Below, in pieces: positions 32,608-46,576 of a DNA stretch of 64,000 bases. Where the stretch lies: assembly GCA_964016885.1 (NCBI GenBank), contig OZ024744.1, positions 118,296,001 to 118,360,000 of the forward strand. Direction: 5' to 3'. Position numbers and translations under genes: made by a program. This stretch comes from Eledone cirrhosa (Eukaryota). Numbering within the stretch: the first letter of the stretch is position 1; each line of letters starts with the position of its first letter. The notes under the pieces were generated by a model, which worked only from the letters and a program-made list of their open reading frames with translations, was not told the DNA's origin and did no database searches.

Positions 32608-32856
32608 ACTATATATATATATTTATATCTGTATTTTTGACCGATGGTCAGTCAATGATAAACATTGATTGCCAAATAAATTAACTATGGAGATATAAAA
32701 GATACAGAAGCGAAAACCAACCAAACAGTGAGTGTGTTCTGTTATTATTTCTGGCAATATTATTATAACAATATGACCCTTGCCAAGTATAACTTTGTAC
32801 CTTTCCGACGGAATTACTTCATTTACACACACACACACACACACACATACATATAT

Positions 32857-32905
<49 letters not shown>

Positions 32906-32927
32906 TATATATATATATAAATATATA

Positions 32928-33617
32928 TGTGAGCAGCAAAGCATAAATGAACTAAGTGAGAAATTAGGAATAAGAGGGATCAGATGCTGTTTACTCGAGA
33001 GAAGACTATGTTGGTATGACTATGTTGGTATGGTCACGTGATGCGCATGAAAGACGACAGCTGTATAAAAAAGTGTAGGGCGATCAAAATTGATGGAAGT
33101 TATAGAGTAGGCAGACCCAGAAAAACCTGGGACGACTTGATAAATTCCAACCTCACACACACCTCTGCAAAACAATGTCACTGGACCGAGATCTTTGGCG
33201 CTACACAGTAATACAGAAGACCCGCCTTGCCTAAGTACAAAGCGAAACCTAGTCAGTAGGCACCTCTTAATCAAATATACACCTCCATCCCACTACCCCA
33301 ACTTTCCCACCCCCACCAACACCACCCATTCTCTGTAAAGTTATGTTGGTACCACAACATCCAGTCCTAAATAAATGAGGTCGTGTAGGTGTCACAACAA
33401 AAAACACACAGTCCACGCTGTAATGTGGCAGTGTAGGTAACACGGTAAAAACCTTCCAGTCTACACTGTAAACGTGGTTGGTGTTAGGAATGGCATCCAG
33501 CTGTAGAAAACCTGCCAGACATTCCTATACGAGTAAGACAACCAATCTTGCCTCAAGTGGAACAATTCCCATCTAAACCCATGCTAGCGTGGAAAGTAGA
33601 CATTAAACGATGATGAT
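32928..33617 (+). mobile_element. 5'-truncated RTE LINE
   Basis: C-terminal coding remnant plus 3'UTR and GAT tail. Confidence 0.92.
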
Positions 33618-33675
<58 letters not shown>

Positions 33676-33902
33676 TATATATAGGAAACCGGTTTCCTAA
33701 ATAGAATATTAGTCTAATGACTTCATTTATACCATAAATGTGGTTTTGTCATTACGTGTAACTGTTCTCACCGCTCCACATGACGTATTATCTTCGCTTT
33801 TTTCGTTCATTGCCAGGGCATGTCTTCACGAACCAAAGTATGTTTTCCTTCAGTTGCAACGTTTTTCGAAATATTTACTTCTGCGTTCAAATTGATTTTT
33901 TT

Positions 33903-33953
33903 AGTTTCAGAAGATCCCGTTAAGGGTGAAAGCAGCGATTCTTTGCTTAAACT
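33903..33953 (+). ncRNA. Hammerhead-like motif with non-canonical CAGAAGA core, in a Penelope pseudo-LTR
   Basis: AGTTT-CAGAAGA-TCCCGTTAAGGGT-GAAA-GCAGCGATTCTTTGC-TT^AAACT. Confidence 0.65.
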
Positions 33954-35313
33954 TTAATCTGTTGTTTTAATAAATATATTAAATATATACACACACACAC
34001 TCATATATATATATATACACACATCTATATCTATCTATCTATATATGCAAGTTTATGATTCTGTGTCCCCGCCTAAAACTCGAAACTACCGGACCAAACT
34101 CCTCAAAATTACATGTAGATATTCACTATACACTCAGACAGGTAACGGTCGAAAAAGTTTTACTTTGCAAAGCAAGGAATTCATTTTAATTCAATTTATC
34201 TTATTTTCTAATGAATATCAAAAGAGATCATCCATTTTGTTTATTTATGTTCTCCAGTCTGTAGATAAGAGAGTGAGGGATGGGAGAGAGAAAGAGAGAG
34301 ATGGGTGGGAGAGAGAGAGTAAGTGGATGTGAGAGAGAAAGCGAGTAAGGGATGAGAGAGTGGGAGATGGGCGAGAGAGAGAGTAAGGGGATGTGAGAGA
34401 GAAAGAAAGAGAGTAAGGGATGAGAGAGAAAGAGAGAGAGTGGGAGATGGGCGAGAGAGAGTAAGGGGATGTGAGAAAGAGAAAGTAAGGGGATGTGAGA
34501 AAGAAAGAGTAAGGGATGAGAGAGAAAGAGAGAGAGTGGGAGATGGGCGAGAGAGAGAGAGAAAGAGTAAGAGGGTGAGAGAGAAAGACGATGAAAGACG
34601 ATGAAAGAGAAAGATAGTAAGGGGATGAGAGAGAGAAAGAAAGACGATGAAAGATAAAGAGAGTAAGGGGATGAGAGAGAGAGTAAGGGGATGAGAGAGA
34701 GAAAGAAAGACGATGAGAGAGAGAAAGAAAGACGATGAAAGAGAAAGAGAGTAAGGGGATGAGAGAAAAAGACGATGAAAGAGAAAGAGAGAGGGAAAGT
34801 AACCAGCGTTCTTAACTTTTATTTATTTATTACTTTTACACACTTTAACTCTCCCGCTTCCTTAACGTTATTTATCTTCTTTATTTTTTGTTCTCTATTC
34901 CGTAGAGAGAGGGGGGATGGGAGAGAGAGAGAGGGAAAGTGGCTAGCGTTCATTAACTTTTATTTATTTATTATTTTTACACACTTCTTAACTCTCCCAA
35001 AGTTATTTATCTTTTATTTATTGTTTGGTATTGTGCAGAGGATGAGAGAGAGAAAGAAAGAGAGGAGATGAGAAAGAGAAAGGGTGTGAGGCGGATGGGG
35101 AGAGAAAGACAATAAGAAAAGAGAAAAGGGGGGGGGGGTTCTTTAGCAGACGATATATGTTACCATCAAAGCTTATTTTCTACATATGTCTAAAGAAATC
35201 ACAGATGCTTTTATAGAAGTTGTATATATGTATGTATTTAACAGACAAAAAAAAAGACGGTATTTTTAAAAGATATTATTTGAATATATTATTTTCCGCT
35301 GTTATTTGAATTA

Positions 35314-35452
35314 CGACCCCGTAAGGATGAAAGGCAAAGTCAAATCCCGCCGAGGTTGACTTTGCCTTTCATCCTTACGGGGTCGATAAAATAAAGTACC
35401 AGTAATGCACTGGGTAATTGCTGGCCTTGTGCCTAAAGTAGAAACAGTTATT
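35314..35452 (+). mobile_element. SINE fragment (Meta-domain-like) with a fold-back 5' end
   Basis: GACTTTGCCTTTCATCCTTACGGGGTCGATAAAATAAAGTACC, same as at ~38850-38892; 30-bp inverted arms. Confidence 0.75.
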
Positions 35453-38400
35453 TGAATTAAAACAGAAAATATTTTTTTTGTAGTGTTTGTCGTTTTTTTA
35501 TACAATCTGAATCCCAATATTTTCTACATATGTCTAAAATTAATTACACCTAATATACATTCATATAAAGAGATCATTTAAAACAACTTTACTGAGTGAA
35601 CAATACATTATATAGTTGTTTCTATTTCGGAAAGAGTGTGGTGTGTAATAATTGTTTCTACTTTTGACACAAGGCCAGCAATTATTCCAGTGCATTACTG
35701 GTACTTTATTTTATTGTGTGGTGTGTAATAATATCACTTCTAATGCCTAGAAAAAGGTTCCAGATCATTATATGGAAGGTCATCTTCAGAGGCTAAGAGA
35801 AAGAAAACACAGCCATCTGAAGAAAGTGAAGAAGTTCGGAATGTCCGTCTAGCTGCTAACAGAACCCAAACAGCTTTAGCAAGAGCACACCATTTGGATG
35901 AAAGGGAACAAAGGACTGTTGCTACACAAGAACAACAAATTAAGGAACAGCAGCAAATCAGACGAAATGCTAATCAAGCACATCGTTTCTACTGCCCGAG
36001 CAGGAGAACAAGCCATAAGTAAAATGAACTGGCTGATGGGTGCTTTTTCTTATGACCCCCAAAAGGACTACAGCAGTAATCCACAAGTCAACATTCGGAA
36101 AATGAACAAATGCTGCCAGTATTGTGGTGCCAAGAAGTGGGCAGCAGAAACACCAAGTCTCTGCTGTTCAAAAGACAAAGTGAGCCTTAAAACAATACAA
36201 GAACCTCCTGAATTTCTGAATAATCTGCTCCTTCAGCATACACCAGAAGCACGACACTTCAATAAATACATCATAAAATATAATTCTGCCTTTCAAATGA
36301 CATCTTTTGGGGCTGACAGGAATGTGATTGACTTTAGATTCTGTACAACTTATAACATTCAGGGACAGTTTTACCACTTAATGGGTGGCCTTCTGCCACT
36401 TTCACAGGAGCCTCACAAATTTGTGCAGATTTACTTCATGGGTGGAAATGAAACCAATGTCCATGGTGAATTGCAGTTCTACATAGTCAAAGTTAAAAGA
36501 AATGCTTCACCAACATCACATGTACGTCAGTGTATTTAAATATGCACTGGAGCATATGAACAACATATGCCAAAATTGAAACAGTTTGATTCCTTCGCAG
36601 AAAACCCAATCTTTCTAAGTTGACGGCAGATAACTACGTCCACCTTAGAGATGCCGTCAATTCTGATGTTGACCCAAGAAATATTGGCCAGCCAGTCATA
36701 CTACCATCAAGCTTCACGGGAGGACCACGTTACATGCATGAACGTACGCAAGATGCAATGGCCTATGTCAGAAAATTTGGTCGGCCAGATCTCTTCATTA
36801 CATTTACATGCAATTCAAACTGGTCAGAAATATCAAATGAATTATTTCAAAATCAAAAACCAAAGGATCGACATGACCTCATTGCTCGGGTTTTCCATGA
36901 AAAGCAAAAAAAAGTCATCTGGCGCCTAAAAGGAGGAAGAATCTTTGGTGAGCTTAGTACTTGGATGACCACTATTGAGTGGCAGAAGAGAGGGCTTCCT
37001 CACTCTCACACACTAATCTGGGGCAAGGAGAAGATAAGACCAGATGATATTGATAAGATCATTTCAGCAGAGTTGCCTGATAAAGGTGGTGGACCAGAGC
37101 TCTTTGAAACCATCAAGTCCAAACTCATTCATGGTCCATATGGAGTCATCAATCCAGCCTCTCCCTGCATGAAAGATCAAAAATGCAGCAAACATTTTCC
37201 TAGAGCTTTTATTCAGGGAACTCAGACTAACAATAATGGATACCCCTTTATCGTAGGCGTAGACCAGAACATGGAGGCAATACTGCAAGCCTAAACAATC
37301 AGTGGGTCGTCCCACACAACAAATTGTTGTGTAAACTTTTAAAAGCTCATATCAATGTTGAGTATTGCTGCTCCGTCAAGGCAATCCTATATGTCACAAA
37401 ATATATCAACAAGGGCAGTGACATGGCTACCTTTATTACTGACAAAGAACTCAATGGTGGGCTGGATGAGGTCAAACGGTATCAAACAGGTCGATACATC
37501 TCCAGCAATGAAGCTATCTGCCGAATCTTTGGATTTGATATCCACCAACGCCACCCAACAGTGGTCAACCTCGCAGGCCATCTGGAAAATGGACAGAGAG
37601 TGTACTTCACTGATATCACTGCTCATCAGTTGGCACAAGCATCACATGACACTACACTAACTGCTTTCTTTAAACTCTGCCAGAATGATGAATTTGCTCG
37701 ATCCCTCCTATATGCTGAAGTCCCAATATACTACACCTGGACCAATTGCAAGACCTGCAATCGAAGAAAGCAGGGTCATTTAGTGGAAGGTCATGAAGTC
37801 AAGTCAAGTGATGCTATTGGGCGTGTTTACCATGTCCATCCCAACAACATAGAATCTTTTTATTTACGGTTACTTCTGCATACTGTTCGAGGACCAACGT
37901 CATTTTAGAGGATCTTAGGTGCTTCAGAGGAAGGGAGTGTGCAACATACCAAGAAGCATGTAAACAGCATGGACTCCTGCATGACAAAGGACACTGGAAG
38001 AAGTGTCTAGAAGAAGCAGGAATCACTCAAGTAACCAGTCAAATAAGACAATTATTTGCTATTATGCTCACAGCATGTGGAATTGATGAAGCTCATCTAC
38101 TCTGGCAGGAGTACAAAAACAATATGTCGGACGACTATCTACACCTAGCCCGAAGACATCATGGCAATATGTATATGGAATATACCCCCAAGATTTACAA
38201 TCAAGCTCTCTGTGACCTGTCCCATCGAGTTCAGGCAAGGAATAGCACATTAGCTAACTGCGGGATGCTAGAGCCAGATGAAGAAATGGAGGTAGCTCAA
38301 GACCTTTTTCAGGAGACCAGCTACGATATTCAAGCATTGCGTAAGTTTGTGGATGAAAATGAACCTCGATTGATGGATGACCAGAAATACGCCTACCACA

Positions 38401-38691
38401 ACATCATCGAAAACATTCAAAATGACAGGAGAGGACTTTTCTTCATTGATGCTCCTGCTGGCACAGGCAAGACATTCCTCATAAACCTCCTGCTTGCAAA
38501 GGTTCACCAAAAGCAACATATTGCCCTTGCTGTAGCTTCAAGTGGCATTGCAGCAACACTTCTGGATGGAGGAAGAACTGCACACTCCATGTTTAAGCTG
38601 CCCATAGATATCACACAGCATGAACAGACTTTTTGCAACATCAAGAAGAACTCACCCAAGGGCAAGCTTCTGCAAACATGCAAGATGATAA

Positions 38692-40593
38692 CACTGTGTA
38701 ACATATTTTTTGTTCCCCGGTTCTAAGTGTCATTTTCTGGTTTGTTATATCCCATTATTATAAAAAAACAATCGGTAGAGGGTCGGACGCCATGCTTTCC
38801 AACATAGTTACGCCCCTTTACGATCTGAGTTCAAATCCCGCCGAGGTTGACTTTGCCTTTCATCCTTACGGGGTCGATAAAATAAAGTACCAGTAATGCA
38901 CTGGGTAATTGCTGGCCTTGTGCCTAAAGTAGAAACAATTATTATAAAAAAAACACTATTATTTAATCAGAAGTTTGGGTTTGTGGTCAGGAGTTTGATA
39001 TTTCGAAATTTTCATATTTTTCAAGAAAAAACACATTTTTTTTAAATTTATCAGTTCATATAATTAAATCAACAGAGTATATATTTATTTTATTACACAA
39101 GCTTATCAAAAGCAAACACGAAAAAACAAATAACACCTATAAAGCAACTTATACACGTCAGAAATGACTGGATTTCCTGGATTTGCGGTTGTAGTCCAGG
39201 TCGCATTCCCGCACTAGCCCCCAGATATAGTCCCCCATCATTTTTTTTATTGTAGTGGCCCTGGTACCTCCGCTCTATCTCTTTCACATCTTGGTGGAAT
39301 CGTTCGCTTTGTTCTTCTGAGTAGGCGCCCATATTGTCCTTGAATGTTTCCAGGATGAGCGTCCAGCATATGGAGTTTAAGCGAGATCCTGCATCCCATG
39401 GCGCCAAAAGCCTTTATCAGTTGCTGGTAGTTTTCAGCTCTGTAGTTGCCCAGGAGGCCCTTAACAACTGCCTTGAAACAGTTCCATGCTGTTCTCTCAA
39501 TCCTATTGGGCTTATTGGAGAACTCGGTAGACTCAAACACCTTTATCTGAGGTGCAACAAAAATTCCACCTTTGATTTTGGCCTCAGATAACTTGGGGAA
39601 GAACTCAAGAAGGTACTTAAAAGCGGCTGATTCTTGGTTGGGAGCCTTCACAAACTGCTTCATCAACCCCAACTTAATGTGAAGTGGTGGCATGAGCACA
39701 ATCCTGGGATCAACCAGTGGCTCCCACATGACGTTCCGGGTCCCAACTACAAATTCTGTTCGCTGTTCCCAGTTCTTTCTTTTGTAGTGGTCAGAGGTGG
39801 CTCTGCTGTCCCAAAGGCAGAGGAAGCATTGGAATTTGATAAAGCCTCCTTGGAGTCCAAGCAGGAAAGCCACCATCTTGAAATCTCCAATGATTTCCCA
39901 ATTGTACTGGTTGTATTGCAGAGCTTCCAAGAAGACTTTCACACTGTAGTAATCTTCCTTCAAGCAGACTGAATGAGCTAGGAGCAGTGTCGGGAACTTG
40001 TTTCCATTGTGGAGGAGGACAGCCTTCAAACTTGTGGTGGAGCTGTCTATAAATAGCCGCCACTCTTTGGGCACAAACGGCACCCCAATAACGTCAAACA
40101 GTCTAGGCACGTCATGGCAGAAGCAGAGGCCATCCCTAAGAGTGTAAAAGCCTGAGAAAGGTTTGTGTCGACTTCTCTGATTTGTCATCCGCACTTCCTC
40201 CTTGACCAAGTTCCACTGCTTCATCCTGGAGACGAATGCTTAAAACACAACTTACCCTTTGTTCAGGGTGCAAAAATCCAGTATCAATAAATCTCTTTAA
40301 TCCACTTTTTAAAAATGTTATACTTTATTGCACTTTTATAATTTTCTTTAAGTATTACTCTTTATTTTATAATTTTAATTTAACCCGAAACATATATAAA
40401 AAAATGATTTAACATAAGCAAATTAAACTTCCATACAACATAAAATCCAACATACAAATAATTCTAGTGAATAGCTTAAAATTTTTACAAACCCCAACTT
40501 TTAACTGTTTAATAGCACTTTTTTTTATTTATTTGGGACCTAGGCAACACAAAAAAGTGTTTACAAGAGAAAAAAAATTTTTGTTACACGGTG
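38692..40593 (-). mobile_element. Chapaev3-type (CMC) DNA transposon
   Basis: TIRs CACTGTGTAACA / TGTTACACGGTG, 3-bp TSD TAA (38689-91 and 40594-96); transposase remnant 39247-40224 with LFIDSS, LKAVLLHNGN, CFLCLWDSR, LHIKLGLMKQFVKA, EQSERFHQD. Confidence 0.88.
38770..38945 (+). mobile_element. tRNA-derived SINE (Meta-domain-like) nested in the Chapaev element
   Basis: B box GAGTTCAAATCCC followed by the GCCTTTCATCCTTACGGGGTCGATAAA domain and an AT-rich tail. Confidence 0.75.
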
Positions 40594-42414
40594 TAATTTG
40601 GGATGGGCCATAAAGGAGCAATTGAAGCTTTGGACCGGACGATAAGGGATCTGAGAGAAAATAGTTGCATAATTGGAGGAGTGACAATGGTTCTTGCTGG
40701 TGATTTCAGACAAACTCTGCCTATAATTCTTCGAGGGACTCGAGCTGATCAGGTCAATGCCTGTTTCCAAACATTCAGACCAGGCAATGTGATCCGAAAT
40801 GGCTCTGTGAACGAGCAATATTAGCACCTAAAAATGTTGCTGTGAAAGAAATCAACAGAAAGCTGCTGGAGATGTTACCGGGAGAGAAAATATGCTACAA
40901 ATCAGTTGACACAATCACTTCTCAAGACCAGGTTGTAAACTATCCAACTGAATTTTTGAACAGTCTTAAACAAGCGGAAATTCCTCCACACAACCTGATA
41001 CTGAATCTTGGAGCATCGGTTATGCTACTTCGCAATCTGGATCCTCCAAAACTTTGTAATGGCACAAGACTCATCATCAAAAGTATGATGTCCAATGTTC
41101 TAGAAGTTGCAATCATGTCAGGAAAATTTGCTGGTGACAATTGTTTCATTCCCAGAATACCTCTGAAGCCAACTGATTTGCCATTTGAATTTCAAAGACT
41201 TCAATTTCCGATCAGGCTCAGTTTTGTCATGACCATTAATAAATCTCAAGGGCAATCATTGAAAGTTGTTGGGTTGAATCTGGCAGATCCTGTCTTTTCA
41301 CACGGTCAACTCTATGTTGGCACAACAAGGGTTGGGAACCCTGATTGTCTCTTCATTGTGGCACCACAAGGCAAAACCAAGAATGTTGTTTATCCAGAGG
41401 CTTTGGAATGAGCAATGTCGTAATTCCTCATTCAATGACAATACACACAGATCCTAATTCCTTAGTCATGTAGTTTGCAAGGAATTCTGAAGCCACAAAT
41501 TTACTGCATGGTGTTATTTTGGAAGAATATGCAGGCATTCCCGGGTACCTCTGTTATATAAAGTAATATAAGTGAGCACTATGTAGGGTAGAAATAGCAG
41601 CCAAATTTCCTTCAAATCCCACCCTACTTTCTCAGGTATGTATATATGTATGAAGCAAAAAGGAATGGTTCTATGTGATAACTCGATCTACTAGAAATAT
41701 TAGCAAAATCCATTTCAAATCACAAACAACTGCTTTACACACATACATGTGTGTGTATGTATCTATGTATGTCATGTGAGCCACTATAACTGTTGGTATA
41801 GCTAATAGAAATAGAAAACAAATCTCCCTCAAACAAGATCCTACTGCCATAGAGGCAAAGATTGGTGAAAGCTAGAGTGTACAAATTTAAATACACTTTC
41901 CCCGAATTACAGAAATGAGTAAGTAAATGCTTCATTCAATCATAAACCAATGCTAAATTTATTTTCTTATTTTATTTATGGTTTTTAAAATATTCTTTAC
42001 ATGTTTGAATTTCAGAGGTTCAGACTGAGCAGAAAAAAAAGAAGAAAGAGAAGGATAAATAAATAAATCTAAATGTATATTTTTCGTCATGCCCTTTTCA
42101 CTGACAACATACCTAACGATTCATCTATGAGTAAAGCATTATATATGCTGACTGTAATAGGGAGCAGTATTTTTTTTTTTAAATCACCACTGGAAAAAAC
42201 CAATATTTTTATCTAGATGATTTGCTTTGACCAAACGGCAATAAATATTCTGCTATAATTCCTACTTTGGTTAAAATTCAGCAATCATATTTGAATGGTC
42301 AAATATTTTGTGATGTGTGCCAAATATATTGTAACTTTCATAAAATACCCTGGTATCACCGGGTAGCTCAGCTGGTATATATATATATATGTATATATAA
42401 ATATATATACACAC

Positions 42415-42570
42415 ATCATCATCATCATCATTTTATGTCCAGTTTTCCCTGCTTGCAAGGGTGGGACAGGTCCTATTCAGCACAGCATCTCTCCACTTGT
42501 CAGGTCCTTCGTCATCTCCACCATGAGTTTCAGCGATCTGAGGTCTGCTCTCATCACCTCCGCCGATGTT
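42415..42570 (-). mobile_element. 3' end of a second RTE subfamily
   Basis: [12 protein letters not shown]...W(R)DAVLNRT plus CCCTTGCAAGCAGGG end and GAT tail, as at ~55400-55550. Confidence 0.8.
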
Positions 42571-42689
42571 ATATATATACATACACACACACACACACAC
42601 ACACATACACACAAATATATATACACACACATATATATATACCCATGCGAGCGTGGAATATGGACGTTAAACGATGATGATGATGATAT

Positions 42690-42731
42690 ATATAAATATA
42701 TATACACACACACACACATATATATAAATAT

Positions 42732-42764
<33 letters not shown>

Positions 42765-42931
42765 AATATATACACACACACACACACACATATATATAAA
42801 TATATACACACACACACACACACACATATATATAAATATATACACACACACATATATATAAATATATACACACACACACACACACATATATATAAATATA
42901 TACACACACACACACACACACACATATATAA

Positions 42932-42970
<39 letters not shown>

Positions 42971-43239
42971 AATATATACACACACATATATATAAATATA
43001 TACACACACATATATATAAATATATACACACACATATATATAAATATATACACACACATATATATAAATATATACACACACATATATATAAATATATACA
43101 CACACATATATATAAATATATACACACACATATATATAAATATATACACACACATATATATAAATATATACACACACACATATATAAATATATACACACA
43201 CACATATATATAAATATATACACACACACATATATATAC

Positions 43240-43318
<79 letters not shown>

Positions 43319-43331
43319 CATATACATATAC

Positions 43332-43362
<31 letters not shown>

Positions 43363-43383
43363 CATATATATATATATATATAT
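42690..43383. repeat. Compound (CA)n/(TA)n minisatellite
   Basis: ATATATAAATATATACACACAC units. Confidence 0.95.
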
Positions 43384-43722
43384 GGAGGCACATGGCTTAG
43401 TGGTTAGAGAATTGGCCTTGCAATCGAAAAGTTGTGAGTTCAATTCTCAGACCGGGTGATGTGTTGTTTCCTTGAGCAAGACACTATTTCACATTGCTCC
43501 AGTTTACTCAGCTGTAGAAATGAGATGATAGGGACTGGGGTCTCTATCATTCCACTGCAAAGTGGTCGTGGAGGTGCCACGGCAAAAAAAAGCACCCAGC
43601 ACTCACTGTAAATGAGGTTGGTGTTAGGAAGGGCATCCAGCTGTAGAAATCAAGCCAGAATCAGTTCCCGTCCCACCCTTGCAAGCAGGGCAAAAGCGGA
43701 CGTAAAATGAAATGATGATGAT
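43384..43722 (+). mobile_element. tRNA-derived SINE with RTE tail (second copy)
   Basis: Collinear with 27511-27851 over its full length. Confidence 0.9.
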
Positions 43723-43930
43723 ATATATATATATATATTTAGTATTAAGGATACTATTTATGGTTATGTATATACTAAAACCTTTTATAGTTATATATAT
43801 TTTAAACCCTAAACAGTGAAAGACAGTAATTTATTACTACTAGTAAGATAAATAGCTCAATGTAATAACATCAGTTTTTCTACAGAGCAGTTATATAGAA
43901 ATTACATGAATCAAAGTTCTGTTCAAACAG

Positions 43931-43984
43931 AATTAGCTTACAATTGTTTCGTCCAAACCGAGGTTTGGAGTCTTCAGAGCAATT
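43931..43984 (-). ncRNA. Minimal type-I hammerhead ribozyme motif
   Basis: AATTGCT-CTGAAGA-CTCCAAACCTCGGTTTGGAC-GAAA-CAATTG-TA^AGCTAATT; inverted copy with CCGAAGA at 44415-44468. Confidence 0.82.
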
Positions 43985-44954
43985 TTTCAATGATTGTTTA
44001 CATAGATGACCTCCTTTCCAACACAAGAGACATACAGAAACATATGTATATATAGATGCACAGTGGGTTGACATCCATTATAATATTTTAGCATGGCAAT
44101 TTACATTCAAAGATTAAAATCATATTAAAAGAAAATTAAAACAAAATTAAAGTTAAAATACAACATCGGCAGCTTACAAAGATAATGCAAGAGGATAGTT
44201 TGAAGTAGTTAGTGTATGCAATAGTTACACGTGGGGCATGCACGTTTGTCTTATTTATATAAGATTATAGTGCGGCAAGGTGTTATATGGAATACAAGCA
44301 CTTTAAGCGGGCAATCAAGAGTATTATGGGGGTTGTATTGGTAAAGTATTTTTTATGTATGATATAGAAGCTTGTGTGCAGAGAAATATTAAAAATGAGA
44401 AGCAATCATTGAAAAATTGCTCCGAAGACTCCAAACCTCGGTTTGGAAGAAACAATTGTAAGCTAATAACTTTGATTCATGTAATTTCTATATATATTTA
44501 TACATACATGTATGTATATATATATATATATAAATACATATATATATATACACACACACATATATATATACATAGATACATACACAGACACGCACAAATT
44601 CATACATACAGAGGCAGACAATGTACTCTCCCACACAGTGCACATACAGTAATATGTGGAGTGGCCCAATGATAAACGTGATTGTTGTAGAAATGACACC
44701 TGTAAAGTAGTTGGAAAATGACCCACGTCACACACACCTCTTCTCTGGAATTCTATTCTCTATGCATTTTTCTAAATAAACACACACAAAGACATATATA
44801 ATATACACAAACACACACAAAGACATATATAATATACACAAACACACTTACACACAAACACACACAATCATAACAGCCAATGTGTGTAGCCAATTCGTTA
44901 TACATATACAAACACAGGTGTATCAAATGTTGGATGCTGCTTTCTGTAGTTTGA

Positions 44955-45175
44955 CACCACCCCTTCCTTCCTCAGTCATCTCTAGTGTGTGACGTCACCA
45001 CCTCTTCTTTCCTCATTCACCACCCCTTCCTTCCTCAGTCATCTCTAGTGTGTGATGTCATTACCCCTTCTTTCCTCATTCACCACCCTTTCCTTCCTCA
45101 GTCATCTCTAGTGTGTGATGTCATTACCCCTTCCTTCCTCAGTCATCTCTAGTGTGTAACGTCATCACCTCTTCT
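44955..45175. repeat. ~43/63-bp minisatellite
   Basis: CCCCTTCCTTCCTCAGTCATCTCTAGTGTGTGA repeated 4 times. Confidence 0.9.
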
Positions 45176-45626
45176 TTAAAACCTCCATGGAACAAACTCC
45201 CTGCATCAGTTATTAGCTGTCGAGACACTGCATCCTTTAAAACCTCCATGGAACAAACTCCCTGCATCAGATGTTAGCTGTCGAAACACTGTATCCTTTA
45301 AAACCTCCATGGAACAAACTACCTGCATCAGATGTGAGCTGTCGAGACACTGCATCCTTTAAAACCTCCATGGAACAAACTCCCTGCATCAGTTGTTAGC
45401 TGTCGAGACACTGCATCCTTTAAAACCTCCATGCTTCCCGAGATTCACCAACACTACACCTGATATTCCCCCTCCATACATATACTCACATGTATATCAT
45501 AACTCATACACTATTCACTTCCCTGACATTTGTATATTATTCTATCTACTATACATGCACCTTTGACAAGTTGTAGTGCACCTGAGCACTGTACACAATA
45601 ATTTCATATTATATTATATTATATTA
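45176..45626 (+). mobile_element. CR1/L2-like LINE 3' end with a ~61-bp unit amplified 4 times
   Basis: Unit encodes WNKLPASVVSCRDTASFKTS(ML), the typical CR1/L2 ORF2 terminus; ends in (ATATT)n. Confidence 0.7.
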
Positions 45627-46093
45627 AATGGTAACATTGGCCTTGGATTTTAAATGTGAAATAACCATAGCCAGTATGATCTTTTTCAGCCCCAAAGGAC
45701 GTCATCTGAAACACAGCAATATACCACATAACATTGCTTCTGAAGTGTTGCTTCGTTAGTACGGACTGTAAGTAGTATCTGGATAAAAGCTGGAGGGTAG
45801 ATTAATTTCAAATAGTATCAGTTTTTCTTTGTTCTGTAAAATCAAAGACTTTATAAAAGTTAACACAATATTGTTAAACCTTCCTTTATAGATCAAAGAA
45901 TCTATAGTTTAAGCTGTTTCTAGACTTTTGTGGGACGTTACTCTCTCTGAATATCTAACACTTTAATTGTATCTCTCTCTCTCTGTATATCAGCCTATCT
46001 CTCTCTTTCTGTCTCTCCCTCTGTGTTTCTCTGTAGAAGTGTGTGTAGTTTTCATGTTATTCAACCAACCAACCAATAAACATCTTTCTTTTA

Positions 46094-46565
46094 TCTATCT
46101 TTATATATAAAACTGAGGATATCTGTCTGTCTGTGGGTTTGAATCCCTAAAACTCAAGAAGTACCCAATCGACTTTTTTCAAACTTTACATGTGTATTAC
46201 TTATGTTTTGATCCCCTAGGGCCCGCATTAGGTGAAAAACTGCATTTTTTTCAGCTTTTTATGGGTTTTTTGAGTCGTTATGTCAGACTGATTTCCTTTA
46301 AATTGTAACTATGTATTAGTCAGTCTCTTCTTCATACTGTGAGCAAAGAAAATCCAACTTTTTTATGGCCTAGGGCTCGCATTAGGTGAAAACCTGCATT
46401 TTTCCTGCTTCATCGAGGAAAATCTCAAAGATTATCCAACCATCAGAGTATTCGGTTTATTTTCTTTACATATTGTCCAGGCATGCAGTTTTTCCACGAT
46501 TAGGTCTGTTGGCAGCCCACGTTCCAAAATACCTTATCCCGTGCAACGCCGGGTATCACTGCTAG
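46094..46565 (+). mobile_element. Non-autonomous Helitron
   Basis: 5' TC-ATATAT...TCTGTCTGTCTG; 3' CCCGTGCAACGCCGGG hairpin then CTAG|T. Confidence 0.85.
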
Positions 46566-46576
46566 TTATATATATT

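Larger units (their letters stand above)
35745..41411 (+). pseudogene. Helitron Rep/PIF1-like helicase, frameshifted and interrupted
   Basis: Rep motifs PDLFITFTCN, EWQKRGLPHSH (HUH), YVTKYINK; helicase motifs DAPAGTGKT, GGRTAHS, AGDFRQTLP, LCNGTR, TINKSQGQ, HGQLYV. Confidence 0.95.
34038..42375 (+). mobile_element. Decayed autonomous Helitron
   Basis: 5' TCTATATAT; 3' hairpin CCCTGGTATCACCGGG then CTGG|T; Rep/helicase remnants inside; 5' boundary approximate. Confidence 0.82.
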
